NCBI RefSeq assembly: GCF_006345805.1
Contig: NC_042998.1
Span: forward strand, 178,312,001-178,376,000
Source of the DNA: Octopus sinensis
Lineage: Eukaryota
Length of the DNA stretch: 64,000 nucleotides
Direction of reading: 5' to 3'
The translations under genes were made by a program, and so were the position numbers. Shown piece by piece: positions 25,675 through 38,929 of this stretch (the first letter of the stretch is position 1; each line of letters begins with the position of its first letter). The notes beneath the pieces are model-generated. The model saw nothing but the letters and a program-made list of their open reading frames with translations, made no database searches and was not told where the DNA came from.

Positions 25675-25955
25675 TCAACTGCATCAGTTGTTAGCAATTG
25701 ATGCACTTCATCCTTCAAAATTTCCATGCTTCCTGAAATTCGCCAAAAGTGCACTTGATGCACCCCACCCCACTCCCATTTCATATTCCTTTGTGTGTGT
25801 GTGTGTATGTGTGCAATGACAGCTGGATCTAGCAAGCACTTCCTGTGTATTTTCTATGTACTGTTCATGCAGTTTTGGTTTTTCTGAGTTACAGTGCACC
25901 TAAGCACTATATACAATAAGTTCATTACAATTATAATTATTATTATTATTATTAT
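25675..25955 (+). mobile_element. CR1-like LINE 3' end, older copy
   Basis: Homologous to 55275-55526 (TCCTTCAAAA.TTCCATGCTTCCTGA.ATTCGCCAA), with (TTA)n tail. Confidence 0.75.
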
Positions 25956-26249
25956 AAAATCCTCATGTCAAATGACCAGTATCTGAAAGTGTATACCCCT
26001 TCTGTGCATATATTTTGCTCAATTCTTACAGAATTATCAAACTTAAAAGATTTTATGTGTATTAGTGTCTTAATTGTGTGCTAATAGCTTCAGACATCCT
26101 CATTATAAACAGCATAAATAACATAGTAAACAATTGTCATAGTTCTACAACATAGTAAAACAGCAGAAGCCAAAGAAACTAGCAATTTTCTGCAACAGCA
26201 TCATAATTCAATGGGAGAAAAACTAGAATTTCAACTTGAAGAACATACG

Positions 26250-26310
26250 ACTATTTCCTATTAAAGTTACCAGTCTACATATGAGACAGGTAACTTTAAT
26301 AGGAAATAGT
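26250..26310. repeat. 61-bp near-perfect palindrome
   Basis: ACTATTTCCTATTAAAGTTACC / GGTAACTTTAATAGGAAATAGT (22-bp perfect arms) around AGTCTACATATGAGACA. Confidence 0.9.
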
Positions 26311-27355
26311 TTAAAAGTTACCATTTAGAAGTGGATAAGTAGTGTGTAGAAACATCATAACACAAAACTGCTCCAGTAAATATGAATTCCAATAAATCAC
26401 ATGGATTTGTTAATTGCAGACAACTGCTATAACATAAGCAATAATCTGCTGCCAAACAAAAGCACCAGATTTGATATCTAGTTGTAGTTGTTTCACCTTC
26501 TTATGTAAATGCCTTTGACTGAGGTACAAGTATCACAACTTATCACCAACTTAGGCTAAAACAGATACCTACTAATCATGAAAGGTCATGGGATTGACTA
26601 TCAAGCTATTTGCAGTTTGCAAACACATCCCAACAATAAAAACCCCTATTAAGCTTTAACCACAGCATATAACCATCGATTATAATTTTAACCAGCAGAT
26701 TCAGTTAATCCATAGCATTAGAACATATGGTGTAACATGGTACAATGTAACGCCCATGAAATCAGTCTATGAAGGGGACTGAATTAACTTCCTGATAAAA
26801 ACTGAGGTAATATCAAAATTTCCTGTCAAACAGTCATTAGAGCATAGTTTATGCTTCAGCTCTTTGTATACATGGTGCACATGCATGTGTGTGTGTGTGT
26901 GATGACAGCTGGATCTAGCAAGCATGATATTCATGTCCGTGTAAACATGGACATGGCCATGACCAAATGGTTAAGTTTGCCATGCCATCATGTGATAATC
27001 AACACTGAACACAAGTTTTACAATCTACAAATTATCATAAATTTAGAATAATTTCAAACTCAGAATAATACAGAATAATTAGAATATAAAATTGAAATAT
27101 CAATCCAGAATCACAAACATAAATGCTTTGAGCAGACTTCTGACATGTAGTCAGCTGACTATTTGGATGTGGCACACAGGACTATAGTGTTGTATATGCC
27201 ATATATCCACATCTAATTGGATATGATACTGCACATTCTCATATTTTTAGGACATAAGAGGGAAATTTAAAACCCCACAGCATTTTCCAGCAGTATGATC
27301 AACCTCATAGAAAGTTCCTATGAAAGTGCCTACATTATAGTGATGTAGAAGCAAC

Positions 27356-27403
<48 letters not shown>

Positions 27404-27988
27404 CATATATATGCATGTATGTGTTTTGGTGTATGTGTATTTGTCACTATCAACTAAAGGTCATACCTAACACATAGAACTGTCGTAAATCATATTTTAT
27501 GAAGTCATCAGATTTCTAAAAAATAAAAAGCAAACCCAGAAATTCAGTTATGAATTTCAAAAAGCCAAACAGAATATATAAACAGAACTTAAATATTCTC
27601 CATTTTTTTTTAAACCAAACCAATAAAATGATGACAAATATACAAACATAATATTGAATATGGAAAAAAAAAAGAGTAAGGTTTAACAAAAATGCATCTA
27701 ACTCACCCTTATCTATTTCTGCTTATAATTACTATATTCTTAAATCAAGGAAAAACATTAACACACTTTTAAAAAAAAGATAGCAAGTGTAATGCTATTT
27801 TTCCCTTTCTGCTTTTTGTATGGGATTCAAAATCTCAGAAGGCACTTAGACAATCTGAAGATTTATAATTCTGGGAAGGATCAACAGGGTGACATATAGG
27901 GAGGAGTTTTATAAAATAATTAGAAAATTATAAAATAGCCAATAGTTGGGTTTAGCTAAAGGTGACACAAGAGTTATCCTATTTTAAT

Positions 27989-29194
27989 CTAGCAGGAATG
28001 AATAATTAAATTAGTGATCCCAGGTGGACGTAGATGGGATGAGGACACCAGATTGGAACATGACCGGATAGAGGAACGAGAGAAGTTTGGAACCTTGAAA
28101 GCCAAAGGGCTTTCCTTCTGTTTTTCATAGACATGATTTCGATTGTGTGTCCCTCCATCAGTATCAGAACAATTGGAGAAACTTTCATCGCGTGTTAACC
28201 TTGCAAAAGATTGAGAAGAATTTGGGATGTCTAAGACAGGGTTATTCAGCTGGTAATTTGGTAACAGAGATGGTGAAACAGTCAAGGGACAAGAAGTTGG
28301 TAGTGAAGCAAAAGCAGTGAGTAAGGAAGAATTTTCAGAATCAGAGTTTAAAGGACTTTCGTTTTCAGGAGACTTTCGAGATCTTAAGCAGCTTCGAATT
28401 TGAGACCAAGAGCATTTCATCGATTGAGCAGCTTCTTTTTGGCATCGTGGAAAGGATGCATTAACTTTTGGAGAAGATACTGAATGGTGATGGCTTCGAC
28501 AGTGTTTGCAGTGACCAACTTCCTTGTCAAATTCATGTGGTGTTGGTGATTTCAGTGAAAACAAAGCAGCAAGATTCAGTAATGCAGTACTAATAGACAC
28601 ATGTGGCACTAATCTTGACAAATGACCATCATCAGCAGCAGTCAAAGTTGTTTCTTGTGGTTGTTCAGAAGGAATGTTATCTTCAGGCAATATTCTATCT
28701 TGTGACTCACCACTCTTTCTTTGCTGGATGTTGTTCATAACAGCACTAGCCTGAGTCATTTCCAACAGTTTTTGCAGAGTCCAAATTTCAGATTCATTTT
28801 CCTGATTCAAAGATACCTGGGGGGATGTAGCTGCACTAATACAACTGCTCTGGTCACTGGCACCGATTAACTGACAAACATTTTCTGCCTTGCATTTAAG
28901 TGATATCTGTTTTGGAAAGTTACCATAGGAAATCAAAGATTTCCAAACTAAAGAATCTTCAATGCCATACAGACTCTCCATGTTAAGTGTTGGATCAAAT
29001 ATTACCTCATCTATCTCATATAGATTAGTGGGGCAATATTCAGGCAACAACAGGTGATGATTAGGAAGCAAAGAGGAAGCTGCAGGATGGCTAATCAAAG
29101 CAGTCAACCTAGTTGTCAATGACACTGTTAACAGGGAAGATGCCAGAAGGGTCAACACACCAGCAACATAAGCCACAGAACTCGCAGCAAAGAT
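27989..29194 (-). CDS. CNPPD1: CNPPD1 terminal exon 8 (401 aa; hydrophobic TM-like IFAASSVAYVAGVLTLLASSLL, then Ser/Pro-rich tail)
   Basis: TAG acceptor (AG at 29195-29196) in frame with the 395-aa ORF, stop TAG at 27989. VAYV..V hydrophobic segment matches the CNPPD1 TM region. Confidence 0.9.
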   Translation of the reverse strand: MFAASSVAYVAGVLTLLASSLLTVSLTTRLTALISHPAASSLLPNHHLLLPEYCPTNLYEIDEVIFDPTLNMESLYGIEDSLVWKSLISYGNFPKQISLKCKAENVCQLIGASDQSSCISAATSPQVSLNQENESEIWTLQKLLEMTQASAVMNNIQQRKSGESQDRILPEDNIPSEQPQETTLTAADDGHLSRLVPHVSISTALLNLAALFSLKSPTPHEFDKEVGHCKHCRSHHHSVSSPKVNASFPRCQKEAAQSMKCSWSQIRSCLRSRKSPENESPLNSDSENSSLLTAFASLPTSCPLTVSPSLLPNYQLNNPVLDIPNSSQSFARLTRDESFSNCSDTDGGTHNRNHVYEKQKESPLAFKVPNFSRSSIRSCSNLVSSSHLRPPGITNLIIHSC

Positions 29195-30431
29195 CTACAA
29201 AAAAGAACAGAAAGGTAACATCATAGATTGATTTATTGTTCAAAAATTTGATTTAAATCATTCAAATTTGAAATACTTTCCTTCCTAATTATATTTTATT
29301 AACATCAGTTTTCTTCAAGGAAATTACTTGGGATCTTTTCGGTTTGAACGGCAGTTTTTAACATAATTTCTAGGTAACTAAAAAATTTTAAACTTCGTAT
29401 ACTGGTAGAATGCGTTTATAAAACATCTTTTTCTCTTGGCTTTATTGAGAAAATTCTATAGTTTGTAAGATATTTGGTCTTTAATTTCTTCAATTTCTGC
29501 AATTTCAACCAATCACTGGCGTCTATTGAGTTAAAAAGCATTCTGGGAATGGGTTTATTTACATTTGTGAAGAAAAAAAGATACCCTTCCTCTACCCCTA
29601 ACTCTAAAATAGATTGAAATGCAGTAGATCGATACTAGGGTCATAATTATGGGTGACAATTTCATATGACACCGCTAGAAAAACGCTAGAAATATCTGCT
29701 ATAAAATAACTATACATTTAGTATTCTAAATATTATTAGGATAATATGCTCTCATAAATAAGCTAAAAATATGATGGCATTTTAAAAGTTCTATTGCTAT
29801 CAACACAGTTAGCAAATAGTAGACTACATTCACAACATGAACTTTTTTTATCAGACAAACTATAGCTACCCACAGTTGAATTGCTACAGATAAGTGACAA
29901 TCAACATGCACAATAATATCAATGAAAGACTCAGACTAAGTGATAGAAGTATTATCATACAGCATGTAGGATACTGGTCAGTGATGCAACAATCTGCACA
30001 AGAACTGCTAGTTCCAGTTTGTATGACTGAGCAAAATACATGCTCCATTCTTACTTCACAGAAGAATAGTTGGCAGTAGGATGGATATTATCTAACTACA
30101 AAATACAATTACTCCAGAAGTAATATTACCTCACGAGCAGGTACAGAAAAATGACACTAAAGCAATAAATATATAAAATATAGTATCATATAAATTTCAA
30201 GGAACAAAGAAATCTTATTACAGTATCATCTGAGTCAGCTTTAAAAAACAAATGGATATATCTATTTTTATATAATTAGTATAACTGCAGCTCGGATTTA
30301 AAATACAACTTCATGAGCATCAAGTCATTCTTCACTTGCTCACTTCTGTTTCATGCATATAGCTTAACACTGTATAACACATTTTCACCCAACCTGCATA
30401 ACAAGAGAGCACATAATTGCCTTGACTAGAT

Positions 30432-30667
30432 CAGTGGCTCTCAACCATTTTTTACCAATGGAACCCATTGATTCCTATTTTACTCGGATGGACCCTCCTA
30501 GACATTCAATGTTTAAAAAATCGTATAATATTTTTAGAATCAAATATAAGAAATTGTATTATAAAAAATTGTTAAAGTATACTTTATGTTTTGTAGAAGT
30601 ATAACCAACATATTGCAGATAAATTTTAACAACAAAATCTTATATGGACTCCAGTTGAAACCCACTG
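30432..30667. mobile_element. hAT (Charlie-like) MITE in CNPPD1 intron 7
   Basis: TIR CAGTGGCTCTCAAC / GTTGAAACCCACTG; 8-bp TSD GACTAGAT/GACCAGAT. Confidence 0.8.
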
Positions 30668-30685
30668 GACCAGATGTTAACTCAC

Positions 30686-30803
30686 CTCCAAAAGTTCTTG
30701 ACCAGTGCGTTTACACAAGTCACTGTAACAAGTTCCTTGTGCCAGGGTCCAGATGTCAGTATAAGACAACCAGCCACGCCTTAAGCCCTCATGAAAGGCA
30801 ATC
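30686..30803 (-). CDS. CNPPD1: CNPPD1 exon 7 (IAFHEGLRRGWLSYTDIWTLAQGTCYSDLCKRTGQELLE)
   Basis: CAG/GTGAGT, 118 nt. G..RGW..YTD motif is conserved in CNPPD1. Confidence 0.93.
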
Positions 30804-33014
30804 CTGGAAAATAAAACAGTTAATAATTTTTTTTTAATGAGCAAAGGATATTAGAGAGAAAAGGATTTATAACCAGCAGAATTAACCTGTTAAACTGTTA
30901 TCTATTGACTTCAAGATTAAGCCTTCCAGGAATATATTTCTAATTAATGGACTACCTATCTGTTACAATTAATTTTCAACACGATCAAGGTTTTCAAAGG
31001 TCTTAATAAAATATATATAAATTAATATATTGGTGAATGTTATATTCACAAATAGAAATTTCATACTACCATGTGATCAAGATCTCAATTTAAATACAAA
31101 CACTTTAGTATAGGTGAACTGAAGTGGATTACAATGAAAGAGTTAAAAGTCAGCCCCAACAATTTGACATTATTTTGAATAGGACAAAGTAGTTGGAAGC
31201 TAAGTTCAGGACCCTAAACCTCACAGAAGAGATGACAAAGGACCAGAATTTCTAGCGGCATGTGGTTCTCAGAGAGGAAGAAAACTCATCCATCACAACA
31301 AAACAGACCTCTGGAAGCACTGTGTGTGTATGTGTGTGCACAAAATGGGCACCTTGTCCAGTCTCCTCGACATATCACTCCACTACCATTTCTCCTTCCT
31401 TCTTGATAACCACTTTTTCTTTCTCTCATTGCAACCTTGAACTATTTCACTTGTTAATATTGTTCTCCGCACTCACATATTACATTGATTAAATCATCTC
31501 TCCTCATACAGGCTACCCAAGCACATGTCATCCCTCTGGTTCTCCTCACTATCAATTGCATTTTCACTTTCATCCTCCTGCTGATAACCTGTTTGCTTCT
31601 TACACACCCTATCCCCACCTCCCCAAACTCATCCATTGTTACCAATATCCACCCATCAAACCGACCCGATTTTTATAGATGTTACCTAACTCTTTCCTAT
31701 TTCCTTACCTCTTGCACCCCTCATACACACCCACCTACTCACACTCCTGGTTTCTCTGTCCTTACTCATTTCTATTCACCTTAAACTCTAAGATGCTGCT
31801 TGAATACCTCATCACCACTATTTATCTCTTTGCAACTACAACTGAATTATTAGGAATGATCTTGTTTGAGATTACAAACATCTTTGGCTAGTTTAACCTT
31901 GTTGTGTCCACTGATCTGATTGGTTAGCATCTAAGCGCAGTCTGTCTCTCTACTTATTTCGCGCCAGTGTGTAAACTGACCCATCATGACTTTCGGATAG
32001 GACCTTTCATTTGAGCCATCTTAACTCCATTAATAGGCTGATTATTTGATGATTCACCATCTTTCGGCTTAAGACCTTTTAAGGTCTTGGTCGGAGACAA
32101 CACAGAGCTTACTCAACCATGTTCCAGTTTGAAAGGCAGACGACAGCCAAGCCAACCATACTATGAAGGCGCTATTGTAAACCAGCGAAAGACAGAACGT
32201 CATCACCAACATCATCTCTATGTACGAAGATTTCAACTTGTACACAAGATAAATACAGATTCAACTCATGCTGTTAGTGTGAAAATCTCACCACGGAAAA
32301 ACAGTTGCAGTATATATATCAGAAAGAATATCTATGTCAACAGAAAAATATGCACAACAAGTGATTCAACTAATCTCCGCTCCGAGACTCAAATCTTATA
32401 CTACATGAACTAGTAAAATAACTTTAAAATAACTCCCATTTTAACTCAAATTGGTGAGACTTCTCTTATGCTCTGTTGTATTCGCATACACCTTATTCTG
32501 TACTTCTGTCGCACACACGAACACACAGACACAAATATTATAAGCATGCATTCATGACAACACTACGCTAATAATCACAAATCACTTTGTACACTGTGAA
32601 TAAAATCTATCTTCTCTTTATAAAAGTAGAACAGTTTTTGGCGTCCTTTATTCATTTACTTTGGCACTGTATATAAACATGTCTTATGGCTTATATAACA
32701 TTATGTTATGTTGGGATGAGAAATATGTCACCAAACTCCTCACGTACGGTCGTATTCTAACACTACCAAGTATTCTCATTCAACAAAATCCCTAAGGCAT
32801 TAGAACCATATATGATAAAAACTCCCTAGTCTTACAGATGGGGGACCACAGTTTTTGAAATCCTAAACATTAACATGTTTCACATTCAAGACAAGATGAC
32901 ATACAAATGTCAGTTAAATGTTCAGTTTCATCCATCCATTAGCTTTGAACCACAAGGGAAGCAACATAGGGGAAATTTAGCAAAAATGAAAAGTAAGACA
33001 GAAAAAATACATAC

Positions 33015-33076
33015 TTTTTCTCGACTGAATACAATAGTAAATTGAACTCTTCTTTCTTCACCATTAGTCTCCAATC
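33015..33076 (-). CDS. CNPPD1: CNPPD1 exon 6 (DWRLMVKKEEFNLLLYSVEK)
   Basis: CAG/GTATGT, 62 nt. Supplies the DW.L that follows FL.AI in cyclin folds; phase 0->2. Confidence 0.9.
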
Positions 33077-33639
33077 CTGTAATACAACAAGAATTATAAA
33101 ATATTAATAGGTAATTTCGATTGTACCAACTTTAAAAATATGTGACTTTCGGCAATTCCAACAACAATCTACTGTCATTCACTTTTATTTTATTTTCAAC
33201 AGCATTCAAAGGAATGATAGGATACTAGAAAAAGCAGCCAAATCTCCTTCAAATCATACCTTACCATCTTTAAAAAAGGAAGTCTTGGATACATTGAGTA
33301 AAAATCAACACAGTCACAGCTGGAATTCTTTAAATTATAGGTCTAGTCAAAGTCAAACACCAATACGCTATCATCTTTAAGATGAAGAATCAGTTTTACA
33401 TCTTAAATTTTTGCAGAGCAAATTTTGCAATAAGGGTAATATAACACCACTAACTTAGTGAACATGCACTCAAACTGATAAACTGACTTATCAAACACAT
33501 TAAGCTGTAGCCAGGATCCAAAACTGAATCACTAGATAACTGGCCAGACATCATAACTGAGCCACAATTGTTTCATGTGATTGGTCTATTAAGTAGCCAA
33601 TCAGTGTCAAGCTATGGCATGATTCAACCTTCTGGAATC

Positions 33640-34275
33640 TGTCTTGTATCCTATAAAAGACTACTTTCAGTGCCTAAACTCTTTGCAGAATGTTGAGGCA
33701 GTCGAGCAACATGTATCTTCATTCTTGCCTCACCAAATGGTTCCAGATATTCATGCAGACAACTCCAGGTTCTGGGACAGACATCCACACAATGACTCAT
33801 AAGTAACTTCTGCAAATGTGGTCTGATTTTTCCTCTGTCTCAGTCTATAATTATTGTTGTTGTTAACTGTAAATGGTCAATACAGTTTGTCTTTCATCAT
33901 CATCATCTTCCTTGTCCTTTGACATCCGTTTCCCATGCTGACATGGTTTGGATGGTTTGACAGGACTGGCAAGCCAGAGAGCTACACCAGGTTCCAGTCT
34001 GATTTGGTTTGGTATCTATGACATGGTGGTGGCAAGTGTACTTTTAACATGGCACCAGCACAGGGTCCTTGCCCTGGCCAATCCTAATCTGCAGGGGAGC
34101 AGCATTAACACTTCTGCTATGGAGGACGGGTCTCCTTCAGTACAGCAACACACCTGACAATAAATTCTTTTGTTAAAATGTTTGTGGGTATTGTTCAGTT
34201 ACTTCAACCAACTACTATAGTGACATTGATGCAACAGCAAAATACTACCTGGGGCAAACCTTGATAATATCAATA
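33640..34275 (+). repeat. LTR-like dispersed repeat, copy 1 (interrupted by an RTE tail at ~33895-34150)
   Basis: Homologous to 36015-36430. Has CTATAAAAG followed by AATAAA. Confidence 0.5.
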
Positions 34276-35402
34276 TACTTGAGACCACCCCCAGGTTTAT
34301 GATGCAAATTCATACTTTAAAATTATCTAAATTAAAGCCCTTCATCAATGTAGCAGGAGGGTTTATGCTTGAAGTACCATCTTAATTAATGACAAAGCTG
34401 TTTTTCAAACTTCTTTTTTAATTAAAAAATGAATTGAAACAAAGGCATATTTCAACAGAAATATGTTAACAGAGGGATTAAATTTGTATACTTTAAAGGT
34501 ATTCACCTGATGGTGCTCCTAAGCAATCAATCAGCTACATTTCTGTGCCATAGCCCCAATTTAGCAAATCTAATAAGGATTATTTAGCATCAACCACATC
34601 AGATAGACTATTGTCATTGATTGTTACTGTTCTTTCATTGGACCAGAAATATACAGGAAATACAAAAGACAACCTTGAATTATATAACAGTAGCTAATCA
34701 ATTGATACCAGCTAATTAGGTGAAATCAACACATTTTTTAATAAGAGAAATGCAATTAGCTTTTAGAGTAAAGGAAATAAAAAAGTGTTGTGCTTGGGGG
34801 TTAAAGTGGTAGGACTCAAAGAAGCAAGATTGATACCTCAGCACATGTCATTATGTTTCATTTTTATTTTACTTTAGCAATTATATTCTACTACCTACTC
34901 TCAAACTTAATGGCTGTGAATTTACTGGGCTTAGTCTATTGATAAACAATCAAATTTTGAACGAGCAATTATACTAAGGTCATAAACAATGCAAATATTA
35001 CTCAATTCAGTGTTCATCATCATCATTTAATGTCTGTTTTTCATACTGGCATGGGTTAGACAATTTGATAGGATCCAGTGAGTTTCAATGTCAGCTTTGG
35101 CAAGGTCTCTATAGCTGGATGCACTTCCTAATGCCAATAAATTTACTGTGTACTAGGGTGGGTTTTTTGTGTGTGTGTGTCACTAGCACTAGCAACATCA
35201 AAAGCAACTTGCAAGACAGGAAAAATCTCTTTTGACTAAGGGAAGAAGAGGAATAATTGAGAGAGGGAGGTGTTTTTATGACATATGTTGAGAGGCTAAA
35301 GTGTGTCTTTCAATAACCATCCACTATTGTGCATTCATACTACAAATCTTGTGTTTTAATTATTTTTGTTTTCCTCCCAATAATATACACAAAGGAACTT
35401 AC

Positions 35403-35531
35403 AATAGCAGCTAGAAAATGTTGTTCCAGTTGGTTCATTTCAGCAGTTTCCATCATGCCAAGAACTGCCCATTCTTCGTTAAAAACTTCTTCATTAAGTC
35501 CTTCATCATACAAGTATTTGGAAGCCATCAT
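35403..35531 (-). CDS. CNPPD1: CNPPD1 exon 5 (MMASKYLYDEGLNEEVFNEEWAVLGMMETAEMNQLEQHFLAAI)
   Basis: TAG/GTAAGT, 129 nt. ASKYLYDEG..EEVFN.EW ... N.LE..FL motif of the PHO80-like cyclin fold. Confidence 0.96.
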
Positions 35532-36014
35532 CTAAAGAAAAGAAAACAATCAACAAATTGATGATAATGATTCCATTTGACTAGATGGAAAGTAAATTTT
35601 GTACACAACAAATTTATTGAATATCATTATAATACTGAGAAATGAAAAATCAGAAATGACCCAAGAACAGTGAAGTAGTAGAAGTGTCCAGCCTAGTTCA
35701 CTACTACTTGCAAATATTCAACCACTTCCTAATTATATAAGTTTCTTATATTAGTGACTAGTTAGTTAGTTAGTTAATTTTTTGGCTCAAAAGCAAAAAG
35801 CAAGGCCATGTAGGGGGACATGGAGTTAAGTACAAGGTGGTGTTTATGTAAAGAGTTCAGGCCACTTGAGGTCAAGGGAGACTTTGAACAAAGCGGTCGT
35901 CGGCATCTTCACCATCTCGTCTGGCAGCTAATATAATTATTTTTCCTTTTTCAAAACAGCAGAGTAGGTACGAAAACCTACAAGTATACGAAAACAGAGT
36001 GGGCAACTCTGCCA

Positions 36015-36430
36015 CATTGCCTATAAAAGACCGTTTTTAGCACCTAAACTATTTGCAGAATGTTGAGGCAGCTGAGCATTATGTGTCTCCATTCTTGCTA
36101 CATCAAACAATTACAGACATTTGTGCAGACAAACTCCAGGTTCTTGGACAGACATTCACACAATGTCTCAAAAGTAACTTCTGCGAATTTGGCGGTTTTT
36201 TTCTTCTCTCGCAGTCTATAATTATTGCTGCTACTAACTGTAACTAGTCAACACAGTTTATCTTTATGTGCGTCAATAAATTCTTATTAAATGTTCACAC
36301 GTGTTGTTCAGTCACTTCTTCACACAGCCAAGAAACATATTTTCATCCATTACTTTAACTACCACAGAGACATTGACGAAGCAGTGAAATGCTACCCATG
36401 ACAAACCCTTATAATACCAGCCTACCCAAT
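36015..36430 (+). repeat. LTR-like dispersed repeat, copy 2
   Basis: Shares CTATAAAAGAC..CCTAAACT.TTTGCAGAATGTTGAGGCAG..AACTCCAGGTTCT with copy 1. Confidence 0.5.
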
Positions 36431-36758
36431 ACAATAAACCACAGCATATTAGAGTGGGACCTAGTCATTTGACTGACTATGTTCTATATATCTGTTTGCT
36501 AAGTACTGACCAGAGCAACACAACCACTAGATTCCTGCATAAGGATGAAGCTTGAAATTTTTAGGAAACAGATATATGCAAAGAATTTATATTTAAATAG
36601 ATGAAATTAATTATTAGAAACAGAAAAATATTATATATTCTACAGAGAAAAAACATATTCCTACCTTCATAAAATAAACTCAGCTCTACTTAGAGGAGAC
36701 TAGTTTGTTTTGTTTTTTTATCTTGAGATGATAAGTAAAAAAGAAACACATTTCTTAC

Positions 36759-36879
36759 CATCGAAATCAAAAATAGTTCAGCGGAGGAAATTTGCATCAA
36801 ATATTCGGGGTTTCTCTCTTTGAGTCGTTTCACATAGAGCATACCAAGCATCACAGAGCATGGTGGCATAGGAGCACGT
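36759..36879 (-). CDS. CNPPD1: CNPPD1 exon 4 (RAPMPPCSVMLGMLYVKRLKERNPEYLMQISSAELFLISM), cyclin PHO80-like box
   Basis: TAG/GTAAGA, 121 nt. PC..ML...Y..RL...NP.YL...SS..LFLISM is diagnostic of CNPPD1. Confidence 0.95.
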
Positions 36880-37450
36880 CTACGAATAAGAAAACAGGCT
36901 TCTCATTCAATATAATGCAACTAATAGGAAGAAAGTCTGATATACGTTGTATCAAATCCTCACCAAAAACATCAAACATTATTTTAAAGGACTCCAACTG
37001 CTTACAAACTATAAAACTAGTTAGTTTTTTACTTGAATTTTATCAAAAAAAAACAATTAGGAAAAAATTTAAGGACAAATTTTCATTCATATTTATTTAG
37101 TATGTAATTCAAGAGGTAAAAGTTAAAAAAAAAACAAATAACAACCATCATTAAGACATATACATCTATTACAAGGGTACATCAGTAGTTGTCTTTTTGA
37201 AATACCAATACCTTCTACAATTACAACTACAGACAGGTGCATGCATGGCTGTGTAATTGAGAAGTTAGCTTCCCAACCTCATGGTTTGGAATTCAGACCT
37301 ACTGACTGGAGTTCAAATCTTGCAGGGATAACTATACATTTTATCCCTCTAGGAGACATAAAATATACTAACATATACAGTCACTTCAATTGACTGCATT
37401 TTGTCATCCAAAATATCTACTCTGGTGTCAAAATTCAAAAACAGACTCAC

Positions 37451-37532
37451 TTTGTCATTGAAGAAGCCAGAAACATATCCACTTTCCCAAGAGAACGTGG
37501 AGCAGCATCTTGAAAGAATTTGACAGCAATTT
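37451..37532 (-). CDS. CNPPD1: CNPPD1 exon 3 (EIAVKFFQDAAPRSLGKVDMFLASSMTK)
   Basis: CAG/GTGAGT, 82 nt, phases 1->2. Resembles the vertebrate DIAVELLQKAAP segment. Confidence 0.92.
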
Positions 37533-38189
37533 CTGGAAAGGAAAAACAGAAGAGAAAATATTCAATATTAACTAATGATAGTCATATTATGTCAAACTAG
37601 TGAAATATATGAAGTTACTAGCCAAGTACAATAGCATTTAATTAGACAAGAAGCAAGATAAAGTCTGTCTGGCTTAGAGATAGCAATGGAGAGAATTTCT
37701 TAATGCAAATAAAATAAGAGATGATTATTTTTAATGAATCAGAATAACATTGGAATAAGTACATGCACAACAGATGACCTTGCATTTGTTGATAAGGAAA
37801 TGAAATGAGCAGGAAAGTGTGTGCTTGTTGAACATGATATAAATAGATCAGAGTAGCCTAACCCGAGCAAGACAGAGGTCAGCTGTAAAAAGGATTATGA
37901 CAATGAACAAAGTGATTATAAATATAAAAACAGGGAAAAGCTGTCTTCAGGGACAGTTGCTGAAATACTGAACATCAGGGATGGGTTTATGTTAGTAAAT
38001 TAGATTGTACAGGTATATATACCATCATCATCATCATCATTTAACTTCCCTTTTTCTATGTTGGCATTGGGTTGGATGGCTTGACAAGAACACACGAGCA
38101 AGAGGGTTCTGCCAAGTTCTATGTCTGCTTAGGCATGGTTTCTACATCTGGATGCCCTTCCTAATGCCAACAACTTAACATAGTATATA

Positions 38190-38900
38190 CATATGTCTTT
38201 ATTCAGTTTTATTTCAAAATTTCTTGCCAATAGAGAAAGAACTTGTTTCTAACCTAGATCCAAAAATCCTTCATTGAAATTTCAACATCAACAGGGTATT
38301 TTTGCATGTATGTAGGTACATGTGCAATATTTGGAGTCAGTGTGTGTGCAAATTTGTATGTTTTGTTTTATGATTATATTCTTACGCATATAATTGCATG
38401 TCTAGACATGTGCATATATACTCAAATGATAAACTTCTGGAAAGTTTTGCAAATTTTTTATGGTTCCTGTTATGGTTTGGATCTGTAGTCTTTGAATAAA
38501 CTTTATTTCCGGCTTTTAAGAAGCTTAATTTCTCAAGATTGGTACTTAGGCAATATATTACATATCCCAGTGCCCCAATAATTACAGGTATAAACCTGAA
38601 CTTGTAATCATGGTTAGAGTAACTGTAGATTTTTCAATAGTTCAGTGTAGGTATTTTCTTTTTCACTGATCATTGACTTTACGTAACATCCACAAGGCAG
38701 CTAATTTCTACTACTGTACAGAGTTTCTCTTTTCTGTTCCAAATCACTATGTTAGGTTTATTATGTTTACAGTTTATCAAGATTTTCACTGGGACACCCC
38801 AGCAATACTCCTTATTATGAGTGTCTATGGCCTCTGCCATACTATGGGTTCTTACATCTTTGGCTTCAGGGTTATCCTTCCAACAGGTCTCATTATACAG
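38190..38900 (-). mobile_element. R4/Dong-clade LINE 3' fragment with restriction-like endonuclease
   Basis: Minus strand HNKEYCWGVPVKILINCKHNKPNIVIWNRKEKLCTVVEISC (PD-D/ExK region) and DYKFRFIPVIIGALGY. Confidence 0.8.
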
Positions 38901-38929
38901 GATCCTAGCTACATGTATGTATGTACATA

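Noticed and set aside
31900-32762. Possible solo LTR (TG...CA, AATAAA) and ORF 32087-32413
   Set aside because: No matching TSD, no second copy in the window, no recognisable protein.
33015-33076. Alternative open frame LETNGEERRVQFTIVFSREK splicing directly to exon 8
   Set aside because: Incompatible with the phase-0 end of exon 5. The DWRL frame plus exon 7 restores CNPPD1 homology.
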